64,000 nucleotides of DNA from Bacteroidota bacterium. GTDB taxonomy: Bacteria > Bacteroidota > Bacteroidia > Flavobacteriales_C > GCA-002722245. Of this stretch, positions 51,228-60,300 are shown piece after piece (position 1 is the stretch's first letter; every line of letters starts with the position of its first letter). The position numbers and the translations under genes are program-made. The DNA lies in NCBI GenBank assembly GCA_026390935.1, contig JAPLEZ010000142.1:35196-99195 (forward strand), written 5' to 3'. The notes beneath the pieces are model-generated. The model made no database searches, had not been told where the DNA came from, and saw nothing but the letters and a program-made list of their open reading frames with translations.

Positions 51228-52454
51228 TTACATACATCTATCAATTGCCCTTTGTATCATGTTTTTTGAATCCCTGCTCACTCCGCACTCACTTGCATAT
51301 TTTTTCCAGTTGTTCACCACCTCTTGCACCTGCTCAATAATATTTGCAGAGTTTTTTACTCTAAAATAATTTGCCAGCTCCAATAAGTGCTTTTTTGTGG
51401 GATTTGCACTTTCTCCGCCTACCATAGTGCTATGCATGCCATATCCCGAACTTGAAAAAGTTAAATCATAGGCAGGTGCCACTTTCCATTTCCCCGTAGC
51501 GTCCATTAAGAAAGAAAAGTTTTTACTGTGATCATCTCTGTTGTGGGTGAAGATATTAAATGCTGCCAATCGCAATATTTTTTCATAGGCATTTATATCC
51601 TTTTCCAGTCGGAAAGCACAATCCATCAGATTTCCATAATCCAATGAACTTGATCTAAAATTATCGTGCATTATTCCTGCTGCCGAATGCATATGTAGGC
51701 GCGTATTTCCGTTTCTGTCAAAGCGTTTGGTGCCAAAATATACTTTTTGTGATTTGCCTTTAAAGAGTTTGCACTCGCTCATTTCAATGCCTGCATCGGA
51801 AGCCATTCGATAATAAGCATATTCTATGTTTGCAACGTCAGTTAGATCTAAGGAAGATGGAAATTTGATCAGCCAGTGCTGATAATCTTTGGGCAACATT
51901 TTTTCATCTGCAATTAAATGCTGTGTAACAGGATTGTATCCCACTACAATTTTTGGTCGGGCTCCACCTGAAGAGCCACCAAGAATAACTAGCTCATCTA
52001 AAACATCAATCGCAGTGCCCGAAATAATTTGTTGGCTAGCCTTAGCAATTTCATCCAATTCAAGCTTGAAATTGTTGTCGATTTCTTCCCCTTTAGCTGG
52101 TTGGTAAATCAAGGCCCCCATGCCGTTAGCGCCCACATAAGCCAGACGGTCGAGTGCGCCAACATCATCAAGCGCTATGCCTTTGGCACTTAAAGATCTA
52201 TCGAGCAACAATCTTCCCCAGCCATCAGGCAATGAATCTGCAAACACACCAAATAATCCATCGAAAGGAAGGGCGTCGGCTTTATTTATCTCCCTGTTTA
52301 ATTTTAATTTGATGGGGGATATTTCGAGCCCTGTTTTTATAAAATCACTGTAGTATTTGAAATAAATATTTTTTGCTTCCGCCACCAATTCACCCACTTC
52401 AATTTCTTCTTTATTGAACTGAATCGAAACAATTATTTTCTTGATACGCCCCAT
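51228..52454 (-). CDS. hipA: HipA-family serine/threonine kinase toxin
   Basis: HipA N-terminal coupling domain and a C-terminal kinase core with HSKNFSFLMD (HxKNxS catalytic loop). Start overlaps the hipB stop (TAATG). Confidence 0.8.
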   Translation of the reverse strand: MGRIKKIIVSIQFNKEEIEVGELVAEAKNIYFKYYSDFIKTGLEISPIKLKLNREINKADALPFDGLFGVFADSLPDGWGRLLLDRSLSAKGIALDDVGALDRLAYVGANGMGALIYQPAKGEEIDNNFKLELDEIAKASQQIISGTAIDVLDELVILGGSSGGARPKIVVGYNPVTQHLIADEKMLPKDYQHWLIKFPSSLDLTDVANIEYAYYRMASDAGIEMSECKLFKGKSQKVYFGTKRFDRNGNTRLHMHSAAGIMHDNFRSSSLDYGNLMDCAFRLEKDINAYEKILRLAAFNIFTHNRDDHSKNFSFLMDATGKWKVAPAYDLTFSSSGYGMHSTMVGGESANPTKKHLLELANYFRVKNSANIIEQVQEVVNNWKKYASECGVSRDSKNMIQRAIDRCM

Positions 52455-52783
52455 TATTTTCTAGTTTTATCTCCAAATAATTTTTCTATCGCCTTAAGAT
52501 TTTCTGTTGATTTTAATATTAATTCAAAGTCGTTTATCCGGTTTAAGACGTGTGCTAATTTTAATAGTGATTCCAACGAAATCTGCCCGCTTAACTCAAA
52601 GCGTTTAATGCTTCCCAGCGAAACGCCTGATCGTTTGGCCAGTTCCATTTGTGTAAAACCCATTTGCTTTCTTAAAACTTTATGTTTTTGAGCAAGTTCT
52701 TCTAAAAAATCATGAGGATATTTCTCTATTCCAAATTTTGCCATGATGGATAATATATTATCTAAATGTAGATGTTTGTTCAC
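52454..52783 (-). CDS. hipB: XRE-family HTH antitoxin (HipB-like)
   Basis: HTH MGFTQMELAKRSGVSLGSIKRFE. Lies immediately upstream of hipA and is translationally coupled to it. Confidence 0.75.
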   Translation of the reverse strand: MNKHLHLDNILSIMAKFGIEKYPHDFLEELAQKHKVLRKQMGFTQMELAKRSGVSLGSIKRFELSGQISLESLLKLAHVLNRINDFELILKSTENLKAIEKLFGDKTRK

Positions 52784-52787
52784 TAAA

Positions 52788-52805
52788 TAGCTAATATATT
52801 AGCTA
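52788..52805. promoter_or_regulatory. Perfect 18-bp palindrome TAGCTAATATATTAGCTA 5 nt upstream of the hipB start, a candidate HipB operator
   Basis: Read directly. The half-site spacing (N8) mirrors the E. coli HipB operator architecture. Confidence 0.5.
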
Positions 52806-52970
52806 AAATGATTCGAGTCTAGCCTGAATTTAGAATGCTTTCAGCGTATTAGGTAACCTTATTTTAAGTCCCTGTTTTACCACTTACTTGGACCATATGC
52901 ACCACCTAAATCCCAACTTAATCTTAACGCACATTATATCATAACGCCTTCACCTACAAAAGGAATTAGA

Positions 52971-53615
52971 TTAATTCAATTTTATTTTTGACCTTTTTTG
53001 TTTACCAAAATCCTCTATGTATTTTGCTCTATCAAACTCTTTAATATATTCAATATTCCAATTTATAAAGGATTCTTTTGAAAGCTTTTTACTATATTCT
53101 TCATTCAAAAGAATAGCAGATTCCTTCCCTTTTAATAAGGCTGTTGTAATTATTTTAGTATACATAGCACTTTCATTGGATGGATTCTGATTAAGCAAAA
53201 AATCTGCTACTTCATTTGCTTTTTTAAAGTAATAATTTGCAGTATCATTCTTTCGCAATTTTGCATAAAACACTCCCTTATCAAGTAATAACACATCATT
53301 TTCTGGATTTACAGATATCATATGATTTATTAGTGTAATCGCCTTGGTCCAATCTTCTTTTTGAATTAATGCATTTAACTTATTATGATAAGGCAATGCA
53401 TAATTGGGATCACATTGAATGGCTTTATCTAAGAGGTAAATAGCTGAATCTAGATAAAAGGTAGAATCCTCTTCCATATATTTTTGTAGGAACCGAGTTC
53501 CTTCATTGTTATATAAGATGCATTCTTTATCTGTATTGCTTTTACAAGAAATGGATAATCCATAACAAACAATACTGAGTAAAATCCATTTGAAAATATT
53601 ACTGTTTTCTTTCAT
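52971..53615 (-). CDS. Tetratricopeptide-repeat protein (secreted/lipoprotein)
   Basis: Signal peptide plus Cys (LSISCKSN). TPR-like helical repeats (YALPYHNKLNALIQKEDWTKAITLINHMISVNPEN...). Confidence 0.6.
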   Translation of the reverse strand: MKENSNIFKWILLSIVCYGLSISCKSNTDKECILYNNEGTRFLQKYMEEDSTFYLDSAIYLLDKAIQCDPNYALPYHNKLNALIQKEDWTKAITLINHMISVNPENDVLLLDKGVFYAKLRKNDTANYYFKKANEVADFLLNQNPSNESAMYTKIITTALLKGKESAILLNEEYSKKLSKESFINWNIEYIKEFDRAKYIEDFGKQKRSKIKLN

Positions 53616-53660
53616 TTATTGTCATTCAATATAAAAGCCCAGAATTGCTGGGCTTGTGAT

Positions 53661-53918
53661 TTACTTTTCTTGCTCCAAAGGCAGACGAACATATTCTTTG
53701 AACCTTTCTTCGATTGCTCCAAAAGATTTAAAATTCTCTTTTGCCTGCATTAAACTAACACTATTTGCTCCCCCTTGATAATTAGGCTCTTGAAATTGTA
53801 CGCCATCATCTTCCCAGTAGCATACTGGACAAAATTGAAAGGTATTCTCAGCTTTGTCATTTAAAGTATAAAAGCCACAACACGGGCACTTATACTTTCC
53901 AAAAATATTAGTGTCCAT
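53661..53918 (-). CDS. Cysteine-rich CPCC-domain small protein
   Basis: YKCPCCGFYTL...FCPVCYWEDDGVQ is the CPxCG...CPxC-WEDD pattern of the Cys_rich_CPCC family. Confidence 0.65.
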   Translation of the reverse strand: MDTNIFGKYKCPCCGFYTLNDKAENTFQFCPVCYWEDDGVQFQEPNYQGGANSVSLMQAKENFKSFGAIEERFKEYVRLPLEQEK

Positions 53919-54140
53919 GTAGCTATACTTGTTTTAGATAGTAATAGATTCCTCTTGTTGGGCGGAAATATGACTCCATATAGCGGCTAAAATGTTTACT
54001 TATGACTAAGCCACAAATAAGTGATTTTTTCATTGGAATACGTTTAGTTAAATAATTTGGCTCACTGGTTAGGTGAGCGACGAAGCTAAAAAATATTATT
54101 CGTTTCCATTTAGAAAAAATTGCTTGGATGGAATGTTTGA

Positions 54141-54178
54141 AAATAAAAAAGAGGATAATGATTGCTCATTATCCTCTT
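54141..54178 (-). terminator. Rho-independent terminator downstream of 54203..55078
   Basis: 13-bp stem AAGAGGATAATGA / TCATTATCCTCTT with a 4-nt loop, followed on the minus strand by TTTTATTT. Confidence 0.75.
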
Positions 54179-54202
54179 AACTATGGGGTATAGTAAGTAT
54201 TC

Positions 54203-55078
54203 TTAGTTCAAAAACAATCTTTGAGTAGTTGTTCCTGCTGCAGTTTGCACTGTGATGTAGTAGATACCAGCATTTTTACCATTCAAATCAATGTTTACGT
54301 TTGATTGTGTTGATTGAGTTGAATAAATGGTTTGTCCTAAAACGTTTGAAACCGATACAGTAATCAAATCTGAATTTGCATTGTTTAAAGAAACGTTAAC
54401 TAAACCAGTTGAAGGGTTTGGGTAAACTGCCAACTTATTTTCGGTGATTAGATTAATTCCATTTGATTTTTCGCCAACTGTAAGTTTGGCAACTTTAAGA
54501 GTTCCGCTCAACGCAACAGTGAAGTCGGCTGCATCAGGCAGACCTTTGTGGTATGGCCATTCACTTGCATATCCAGCATTAACCCAAAAACGAATTTTTT
54601 TGATTTTAGTGGAATCAACATTTCCCTGCGCAGTACCGTTAGCTCCACCGTAATTATCTTTAAACTGACCTTGGAAATTGCAGCTATGTGCAGTGAACCC
54701 TGCGTCTTTAACTACCTTGAAGATGTTTTGTTGACCGCCTGCTAATTGGTTATCAGCTTGCTTATTGTTTTCATCAACCAACACAAATTGTAAAGCTACT
54801 GTTTGATCAGTGCTTGCATTAATGGTAACTATAGGTTTAACCCCTGCAGCAGAAAAATCAATGGAAGTAGGGAAAGTGATTTCAAAGTTGTCGTAATGAT
54901 CGTATCCAGCAGAAGTGATCGCCCAGTTGTTGCCGTCACTTGTGCTAGTGAAGTTAACATAATTGTTCCCAGTCAAAGTTGGAGCAGTGGTAAATTCATC
55001 AGAGTAAGAGTAAGTTTGCGCATTCGCTGTTATTCCCAAAAACAACAGACTAACAATAGAGAGTAAATTTCTTTTCAT
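54203..55078 (-). CDS. Hypothetical secreted protein with T9SS type-A C-terminal sorting domain
   Basis: Signal peptide MKRNLLSIVSLLFLGITANAQ. C-terminal ...GIYYITVQTAAGTTTQRLFLN. Confidence 0.7.
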   Translation of the reverse strand: MKRNLLSIVSLLFLGITANAQTYSYSDEFTTAPTLTGNNYVNFTSTSDGNNWAITSAGYDHYDNFEITFPTSIDFSAAGVKPIVTINASTDQTVALQFVLVDENNKQADNQLAGGQQNIFKVVKDAGFTAHSCNFQGQFKDNYGGANGTAQGNVDSTKIKKIRFWVNAGYASEWPYHKGLPDAADFTVALSGTLKVAKLTVGEKSNGINLITENKLAVYPNPSTGLVNVSLNNANSDLITVSVSNVLGQTIYSTQSTQSNVNIDLNGKNAGIYYITVQTAAGTTTQRLFLN

Positions 55079-55379
55079 AATTATAAAATTAGTTTATAGA
55101 ACAATGTTAAGTGTTATTTGTTTATTTGTCAAGAGATATTTGAAATAAATATTTTGTAAAATATTGAATAATACGTAGTTAAAATGAACTAAAATACACT
55201 AACATTACGTTTAGTGGTTTTGATAATATTTTGATAATCAGTGATGTAAGTTATTTTGGTAGCGCTAATATTTGCGTTTAGATAACAACGTTTTGCGGTA
55301 TAATAGTTTTGTAATTTCACTTTGAATGATTTTGAATTATCAGTTCACTTATACTTGATTTTTGAAAATACGTTGCATA

Positions 55380-57233
55380 TTATTTTTCTTCCTCTGAATT
55401 TAGCACCAGCTGACTCCAGCCATCTTGATCTTTGTCCTTGGATTTCTTTCTTGTTGCCAGTACCTCCTGAATCTTTTTATTAAACGTCCAGCAAGTGCTT
55501 TGTCGCAGCGATAAAATAGTAGACAATTCCAATGACGTAATTTTCTCTTTGTTGGCAAACACAAGGAAGAGAAGGTAAAAGGCTTTATTTATTGGGAATT
55601 TCAATTTATGGAAAATGGTATCCACCGTTGGAGATTCATCATAACGACACTTGGTGCAGCGGCGATAAAAATCATCTTTGCCTTCACACCATTTCTGATT
55701 GCCGCATTTCTTGCAGGCGTAGCCCTTCGACCATTTCAAGTCAACCAGGTATTTAAGACAGCTTTCTTTATCGGGGAAGATTCTGCTGAATTCTTCGAAA
55801 TTCACTTCCTTCATCAACACCCTCGCTTTTGTTAATTCCTTGACGTTGGTGGTTAATGCCTTATTGTCTTCGTTCAGCAAGGCATTCATGCGGTTGATTT
55901 CTTCGTAGGCATCCTGCAACTCAAGATTTTTTTCGTCGAGGTCGCGGGTACGTTCCAATACTTTTTCCTCTAATTCTCTATTTACTTTGTCTTTTAATAG
56001 TTCATTCTCTTTCAATTGTTCAATTACTCTTTGTTGAGCAGCTTGCTGCTTGGCGCGAATCAACTTTATTCTATCTCCCAGTGCGAAAGAAAGAATAACG
56101 ATTTCAAACACAAATCCAATGTTGAAGGAATACACAAAGAAAATATTGTCGCTATGGATTAAACCACTCATTCTGAAGGCCAGAAAAATAATGGTTACAA
56201 TCATGAACGAGTAACCGATGATGAAATATCTTGCTTGGTGCAGACCTTTTTTAATGCACAGTATAGATGCAATGTAAATAAATAAAAAGGGTAGAAGATA
56301 AAATTCAAAGTGCAAAGGCATTCTCATTATTATTCCAACAAAGAAGAAGGCGATGTAAAAAAGCATCACGATATTAAGGGCTGTATTGATTTTTGGAAGT
56401 AAACTCTTAAGCTCTAAAAAGCGTTTTGCATAAATGGTGAAAGTTAAAAGCAATAACAAAGGCGCTAAATTACCAATGACCAAGTTTATAGAAGGGAAGT
56501 TCGGCCATATGTACTGAAATCCTAAACCATCTTCTACCATTGAAATCATGGCGCAACAAACTACATAGAGTACATAATACAAGTATACTTTGTCGCGTAA
56601 GGAGAAAAACATAATCAGGTTGTAAATACCCATGATGGCAAGTATTCCATAGAATAAGCCAAGCAAGTAATATTCACCTAAAGCATATCTGCTAAAAGAC
56701 GAGGTGGACCGTATTTTAAAAATGAAGGGATTGTGATTATTGGATTTACATCGCACAAAGTAGGTTTGAACGGCTGTGTCGGGAGAAATGTCAAACACAA
56801 AATTTTTGTGCTGGTATTTTCTAATGCCAAAATTGGAGGTGAAGCCGGCTTTTTCTTTGGTGAATACTTCGGGATCATTTGTAGATTGCTTGTACAACTC
56901 AAAATCGTTGATGTGTGAGTCGCTGTTTTCCAGCACATAATGCTTGTTTAAACTAGCATTTGCCTTGATGCGGAATTTGATCCAATACGCAGATTCAGGA
57001 TTAACAATGAAAGCAAAGCGCTCACTACTTTGGAATGGAGTAAATCCATTGTTGTGCTTGATGTCATTGATGTTGAGCTTGTTGGTTTTGTCCTCCAGAA
57101 TTTCAGTTGATTTCCCTTCTATCAAGTAATCATCACTGATTTTTTCATCTAACAGAATCACTTCCTGAGCCTTTAAATCGGCAGATAAAAGAAGAAGAGT
57201 GACACAAAAAATTTTGCAGATATATCGGATCAT
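55380..57233 (-). CDS. 7TMR-DISM membrane receptor (extracellular DISMED2-like domain plus 7 TM) fused to a coiled coil and a C-terminal IS1595/ISXO2-type transposase Zn-ribbon/HTH DNA-binding module. Lacks a DDE domain
   Basis: Signal peptide. About 200 aa extracellular beta-rich domain. Seven hydrophobic helices (YYLLGLFYGILAIMGIYNLIMFF ... FVFEIVILSFALG). Coiled coil (KQQAAQQRVIEQLKENELLKDKVNRELEEKVLERTRDLDEKNLELQ). C-terminal CLKYLVDLKWSKGYACKKCGNQKWCEG...YRRCTKCRYDESPTVDTIFHKLKFPINKAFYLLFLV...SLELSTILSLRQSTCWTFNKKIQE parallels the N-terminal Zn-ribbon plus HTH of IS1595-family transposases. Confidence 0.7.
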   Translation of the reverse strand: MIRYICKIFCVTLLLLSADLKAQEVILLDEKISDDYLIEGKSTEILEDKTNKLNINDIKHNNGFTPFQSSERFAFIVNPESAYWIKFRIKANASLNKHYVLENSDSHINDFELYKQSTNDPEVFTKEKAGFTSNFGIRKYQHKNFVFDISPDTAVQTYFVRCKSNNHNPFIFKIRSTSSFSRYALGEYYLLGLFYGILAIMGIYNLIMFFSLRDKVYLYYVLYVVCCAMISMVEDGLGFQYIWPNFPSINLVIGNLAPLLLLLTFTIYAKRFLELKSLLPKINTALNIVMLFYIAFFFVGIIMRMPLHFEFYLLPFLFIYIASILCIKKGLHQARYFIIGYSFMIVTIIFLAFRMSGLIHSDNIFFVYSFNIGFVFEIVILSFALGDRIKLIRAKQQAAQQRVIEQLKENELLKDKVNRELEEKVLERTRDLDEKNLELQDAYEEINRMNALLNEDNKALTTNVKELTKARVLMKEVNFEEFSRIFPDKESCLKYLVDLKWSKGYACKKCGNQKWCEGKDDFYRRCTKCRYDESPTVDTIFHKLKFPINKAFYLLFLVFANKEKITSLELSTILSLRQSTCWTFNKKIQEVLATRKKSKDKDQDGWSQLVLNSEEEK

Positions 57234-57304
57234 TGCTAAGCTATAGGTTGATTATTTACTGGTGCTGATACTTAAAAAGATAGAAGTAAGTTTCATATCG
57301 TCTT

Positions 57305-60300
57305 TTATCTGATCAAAGTGATCCGGCCAATTAAAGATTTTTCTGAAGTTTTTTCATTTTTACTTGCCACCGAAAAGGTGATTTTGTAAACGTAAACATC
57401 AATTTGTGAATCGTGTCCGTATTTCCCTTTTCCATTCCAGCCTGTATTGATATCTGTGGAAGTAAAAATGTTTTCTCCCCACCTGTTGAAGATGTCCATT
57501 TTGAAATCCAGGATATTGTAAGCTGATGGTGTAAAGACATCGTTTTTATTATCGCCGTTAGGAGTGAAGGAATTAGGCACAAAAAAACTGTACGGACAAT
57601 TGCCATCAAAAACTATGGTATCACTTATTTCCTTGCAATCACCGCTGCTCATTCGCACAATATATTGTCCTGGTTGCTTTGCTAAATATTGCGCCTTGGT
57701 GCTGTTGTCCTGCCAAATGTAAGTGTTGACGGTACTTGTGTCGCCGGCATTTAAAAGAACATTATCACCATCACATAAAGTGGAATCTTCTCCTAAATTA
57801 ATTTGTGGCAACGCTTTTACTTTGATAATGACGCTTTGTGTATCGCTAGGGCAGCTGCCGTTTGAGGTAGTCCAAAGTAATGTTGTACTGCTTCCATTAG
57901 TTAATTCTGTGAGCTGAGTGCTAGGAGAATTTACATCCATAATATTTGCACTTCCTGAAATTAGCTTCCAGGAGCCGCTTCCGATAACAGGAACCGTTGC
58001 TGATAAAGTGGTTGTTGTACTGCAAATGCTTTGATCATTTCCTGCAAGGGCCGGGCTTGGCAGACTTTCAATCACGATGTCTACACTATCCGACGAAGAG
58101 CAAACTCCGTTGGAGATCGTCCAAAGCAATGTTGTTTTTCCGGCAGTCAAACCGCTGATTGACGATGCTGCATCATTAGCATTTGCAATTGTTGCCGATC
58201 CACTGCTTACCGTCCATGTTCCGGTTTCCGAAAGCTGAGCGCTATTTCCAGCTAGAATTGCAGTGCTCATATTACACAACACCTGATCATTTCCTGCGTC
58301 GGAAAGGCTTGGTGCTAAAAGACTTTGAACATTTATTGAGGTGGATGAACTCGGACAGGAACCGTTCACTATCGTCCACACAAAAGTGTTAGTCCCTGCG
58401 GTTAAACCATTTACAGTAGCGTTTGGAGCAGTAATATTGGAAAAAGTTCCGCTGCCAGATGATACTGTCCAGATGCCTGTTCCAACACTTGCGATATTTC
58501 CCGAGAGTTGAATATCCGTGCCACAAATCACAGTGTCATTTCCTGCGATAGATGGAGTTGGCAGGGCATTGAATACAACTGGAGTTCCTTTTGAAACGGA
58601 GAGGCATGGATCGCTCAAGTCGATTCCTCCTCCGCCATTGCTGTTTCCTGCTACAGCCGAAATGTAGTAGGTGGTGCCGTACACCATAGGATTAACAAAG
58701 GAAAATGAAGGAGTAGTATTTGTTCCGAAAACAGTGCCCAGTAGGGTGCCGTTGTTACTGTGCAAATAGTACATCAAGGCATCGTCGGCATCTAAATTGG
58801 CGCCTGTGGCAGCAGCTGCAATTGCGTTTGCATTTTCGCAAACATTCATTGCTGTTAACGCCATACTTCCCGCTGAGGTAGCGCAATTGCAATTTTTTGA
58901 TCCGGCAACAATATTGGGCGTGCAATTGTTTTTGTCTTTAACAATGAAGGAATAAGCGCTGCCACTTGGTATTGGAGCACTTGTAAATGTATTGCCTAAT
59001 AATACTCCTGGTCCTCCTGGTCCAACTCCGTTTACCAACACTTCATAGGAAAGAGAATCTCCACCGCTTAAAGTAAAGGTCACAGTGTAATCACTAATTC
59101 CATTGCAGGTTTCAGAGAAGATAGGAGTTGCTGGAGCCTGAGCATTTTTGACGTTGACTGTGTCAGAATCCTTGCAACCGTTGGTGTCCGTTACTACAAC
59201 TGAATAGTCGTTAGCGTTGGAAACACTAATGGTTTTTGATGTCTCAGAAGTTGACCATTGGTAAGTTCCGTTTACACCGGCATCTAAAGTTATTGTTGAT
59301 GCCTGGCAAACCACAGTGTCGGTTCCAAGATTTACCACGGGCAAAGCATTAAATACAACTGGAGTTCCTTTTGCAACCGATAAACATGGGTCGTTCAAAT
59401 CAATTTCTCCAAGTCCGTTGTCAGTGCCTACTACAGAAGAAATGTAGTATGTTGTGCCATACACCATGCCACTACTGAAGTTGAAGTAGGGGCTGTTTCC
59501 AGTGGCATAAACTGTCCCTAAGTTTGTTCCGCTGCCGCTGTGTAAATAGTAAAGTAAAACATCATTGGGGTCCAGTATTTCGTTGTTGTTATGGCTTGCT
59601 GATGCGTGAGCCGTGTCGCCACATATTTTTATTAGAGTTTGCTTCATTGTTCCGGCATTGCTAATGCACGAGCAAGATTTTGAGCCAGAAATTGTGTCGA
59701 CATCACAAGAGTTTTTATCAGTCACGATGAAGGAGTAAGCGGATCCGCTGGCAATCAAGGAACTTGTAAAGGAAGTGCCGGAAAGTGTACCGGGTCCACC
59801 CGTAGCACCGCCATTTACACTTACGGAATATGGTGCTTCTCCTCCCGAAATGTCAAAAGTAAGGGTGTAAGAAGTTCCAGTGCCGTTGCATGTTTTAGTA
59901 ATGTTGGTTTCGTTGATGGTGTCTTTTAACTGAACAATGAAAGTGTCTTTTTTTACTATACAATTGCTGATGTTGTAGCTTATGTGGTAGGTTCCTGCAG
60001 CAGATGCAGTGTAGGTATTGGTGTTTGCACCTCCAATGTTTACGCCGTTTTTGTCCCATTGGTAATTGGTGGCGCAGGTAGTGTCTTTTGCTTTTAGTTT
60101 TACTGGATTGTTTGGGCAAATCACATAAATACTATCGGGAATTTTTGTTTCCGGACATTTATTAAATACATACATGGAGTCTTCATTGGGGAGTAGAAAA
60201 CAACTGCCATCGGAAAAGGTGACTTTCGTTTTTGCGAAAGCACCTGCCGGATTGTATACCACATAATTTTTGCAGCCATTTTTATTGAATACGGCATAGG

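Noticed and set aside
51157-51369. 70-aa plus-strand ORF
   Set aside because: It overlaps the 3' end of hipA on the opposite strand and the intergenic region. It is likely spurious.
55380-57233. Possible IS1595-family insertion sequence, because of transposase-like Zn-ribbon/HTH residues
   Set aside because: No DDE catalytic domain, no terminal inverted repeats and no target-site duplication were found. The transposase-like part is fused in-frame to a 7-TM receptor. I treat it as a reused DNA-binding domain, not a mobile element.
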